Assembly (NCBI RefSeq): GCF_963921235.1
Contig: NC_086107.1
Coordinates: 98,022,001 to 98,086,000 of the forward strand
From: Mobula hypostoma
Taxonomy: Eukaryota
DNA: 64,000 nucleotides
Direction of reading: 5' to 3'
In this document: one piece after another, positions 62,146 to 64,000 of the stretch
How positions within the stretch are numbered: position 1 is the first letter of the stretch
Layout of the letters: each line of letters opens with the position of its first letter
The notes under the pieces: model-generated
Databases searched by the model: none
Seen by the model: only the letters and a program-made list of their open reading frames with translations
What the model was told of the DNA's origin: nothing
Made by a program: the position numbers and the translations under genes

Positions 62146-62305
62146 ATCATCCGTCATACTTTCAACCCTGTTGCCCAGTGCTTGCAAGTCGGAGACCACG
62201 TCTTTCTGGGCCGTGCGTGCAGCCCGCAGCTCCTGCTGGGTCTGGCTTAGTTGCTCCTCCAACTGGCCAACTGCAGCCAGTAACTTCCTCTGTTCATCAG
62301 TCATG
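62146..62305 (-). CDS. SUN2: SUN2-like coding exon (160 nt, coiled coil)
   Basis: MTDEQRKLLAAVGQLEEQLSQTQQELRAARTAQKDVVSDLQALGNRVESMTDD resembles human SUN2 SMT...LEDQL...QQEL...RDD; gcag| and |gtagg. Confidence 0.88.
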
Positions 62306-63038
62306 CTGCATCAAACAAGACAAACAGAAAGAGCAGGCTGACAACAGCTTAGTAAAATTGCTAATTCCGCAAATTCCCGAAGAGTAGATCGAAAAATAAT
62401 TTTTAGCAAATTCTGAAAACACATCAACACATCCAAAGGAATCACGCTCCAGTCTGTCTACCGCAGCTGACTAGCGCCTTTCACAGCATCCAGGACCAGG
62501 AGGTTCCCAGTCTCTCCAGTCACCTGGGGAGGAGGTGTCAACCTCAGTGAGCCAGAGTTAAGAAATGGAAAAGTTAACCACGGTTCTCAGTGATTTTTGT
62601 GGTTACCAAAGCTGTGGGGCCTTTAAAACTCGTGGATCAACAGCTAGACAAGGTTCAGCACCTTCGAAATGGTAGCAAGGCAGGAAACGAGGAGACACAC
62701 ACATGAATTCTGCAAGAAGGCAAGGGCAGTTTTGTCCAGCAAAGGGTGCTAAACTGTTTCATGCAGCAGCCAGAGAAGCTGCTGTTCGAGGGGAAAGGCT
62801 GTGCTGCTGTTCAGCTCCTGACTGGAAACACAGGACCAGTGTTATACTGCTTCCACCTCAGCCAGAGGCAGACTTACTGCTGTGCAACCTACGACAGGCA
62901 TCTGATATAGCTGCAGACAATGTGGCCAGCATGTCAACATCCAGCTGCTAATTTGGTAACAGTTAACATTGCAGCTGTGTCTACCACTGTGGGCAGTTTG
63001 ACAGTGTCGGGAAATGTAACCACAACCCACCCCTGTAC

Positions 63039-63082
63039 CTTTCAACAGCAGATTCCACTCCCTTCATCTTCTGTAACATCTC
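63039..63082 (-). CDS. SUN2: SUN2-like coding exon (44 nt, coiled coil)
   Basis: EMLQKMKGVESAVE(S); ttccttccttag| and |gtacag; the phase-2 end joins the next exon. Confidence 0.8.
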
Positions 63083-63279
63083 CTAAGGAAGGAAATCAAA
63101 ATATTCATTTCTTCTTAAATCGCATATTTTAATTCTATTCATAACTACATTTACCCCACAACAAGTACACACACACAAAATACATAGTGACTTTATCTTT
63201 GCACTTTTGATATTTCCTTATGACATAGAAGGCAATTTCAGTCCATGTGTTTAATGCTGTCACAGGAAAACAGAATCCA

Positions 63280-63712
63280 TCATCAGGGACCCCCACCACC
63301 CAGGTCTTCTCGCTGCTGCCATCAGGAAGGTGGTACAGGAGCCTCAGGACTCACATCACCAGGTTCAAGAACAGTTACTACCCCTCAACCATCAGGCTCT
63401 TGAACCAAAGGGGATACCTTCACTCGACCCACTGAAATGTTCCCAAACCTATGAACTCACTTTCAAGGAATCTTCACTTCATGTTTTTTTTTTAAATTTC
63501 TTGCTTATTTATTATTATTATACTTTCTTCCTTTTTACAGTTGCACAGTTTGGTGTCTTTTGCACACTGGTTGAATGCCCAAGTTGTTGCACTCTCTCAT
63601 TGGTTCTGTTATGGTTATTCTAGTATGGAGTTATTGGGTATGCCCACAATAAAATGAATCACAGGGCTTATATGGTGACATGCATGTACTTTGATAATAA
63701 ATTTACTTTGAA
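63280..63712 (+). mobile_element. Rex1/Babar-type 3' fragment
   Basis: FSLLPSGRWYRSLRTHITRFKNSYYPSTIRLLN. Confidence 0.8.
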
Positions 63713-64000
63713 CTATGCCTACTCATATAGAATTTCATTTCTCCTAACTTTCCCTGTAACCAGTTCTCTCCGCATTTCCAAATACTCTCCAAATCCTACC
63801 CCTCACCTGCACACCAGGGTCGATTTACAACTGGCATGTCTTTGGGATGTGGGAGGAAACCAGAGCATCTCAATAAAATCTACATAGTCATAGTCTAAAA
63901 TTTATTTTCAAGCTATTTGATTTCAACATTTGTTCCATCTCCACACAGATAACACCCGAGGTCAGGATCAAACTTGGCTCACTGACACAGTGCGGAATTA

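Noticed and set aside
62878-62947. Extra SUN2 exon (ag...gtaagt)
   Set aside because: At 70 nt it would shift the frame; the 44-nt exon at 63039-63082 already joins the 160-nt exon correctly.

Overview
Eukaryotic, intron-rich vertebrate DNA. The repeat content (CR1, Rex/Babar, Penelope, V-SINE-like) suggests a cartilaginous fish, probably a ray (inference). Two genes lie on the minus strand. DMC1 (meiotic recombinase): a probable non-coding exon 1 in a CpG island at ~27.4 kb and eight coding exons from 23936 down to 2149; the remainder lies beyond the window start; one intron is U12-type. SUN2-like LINC-complex gene: its last eight coding exons, 63082 down to the stop at 44027. The introns are packed with TE relics. 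The most striking structure is a family of Penelope-like (RT + GIY-YIG) insertions that integrate as tail-out palindromes with 14-15 bp target-site duplications and carry a minimal hammerhead ribozyme. They range from ~115-230 bp hairpins to a 3.45 kb palindrome in DMC1 intron 2. Also seen: an unexplained old ~400 bp inverted repeat in DMC1 intron 1, an LTR-like antisense promoter in intron 2, a tandemly duplicated CCAAT/E2F6/E-box promoter module, and possible unannotated exons between SUN2 and DMC1. All calls come from manual reading; no searches were run.
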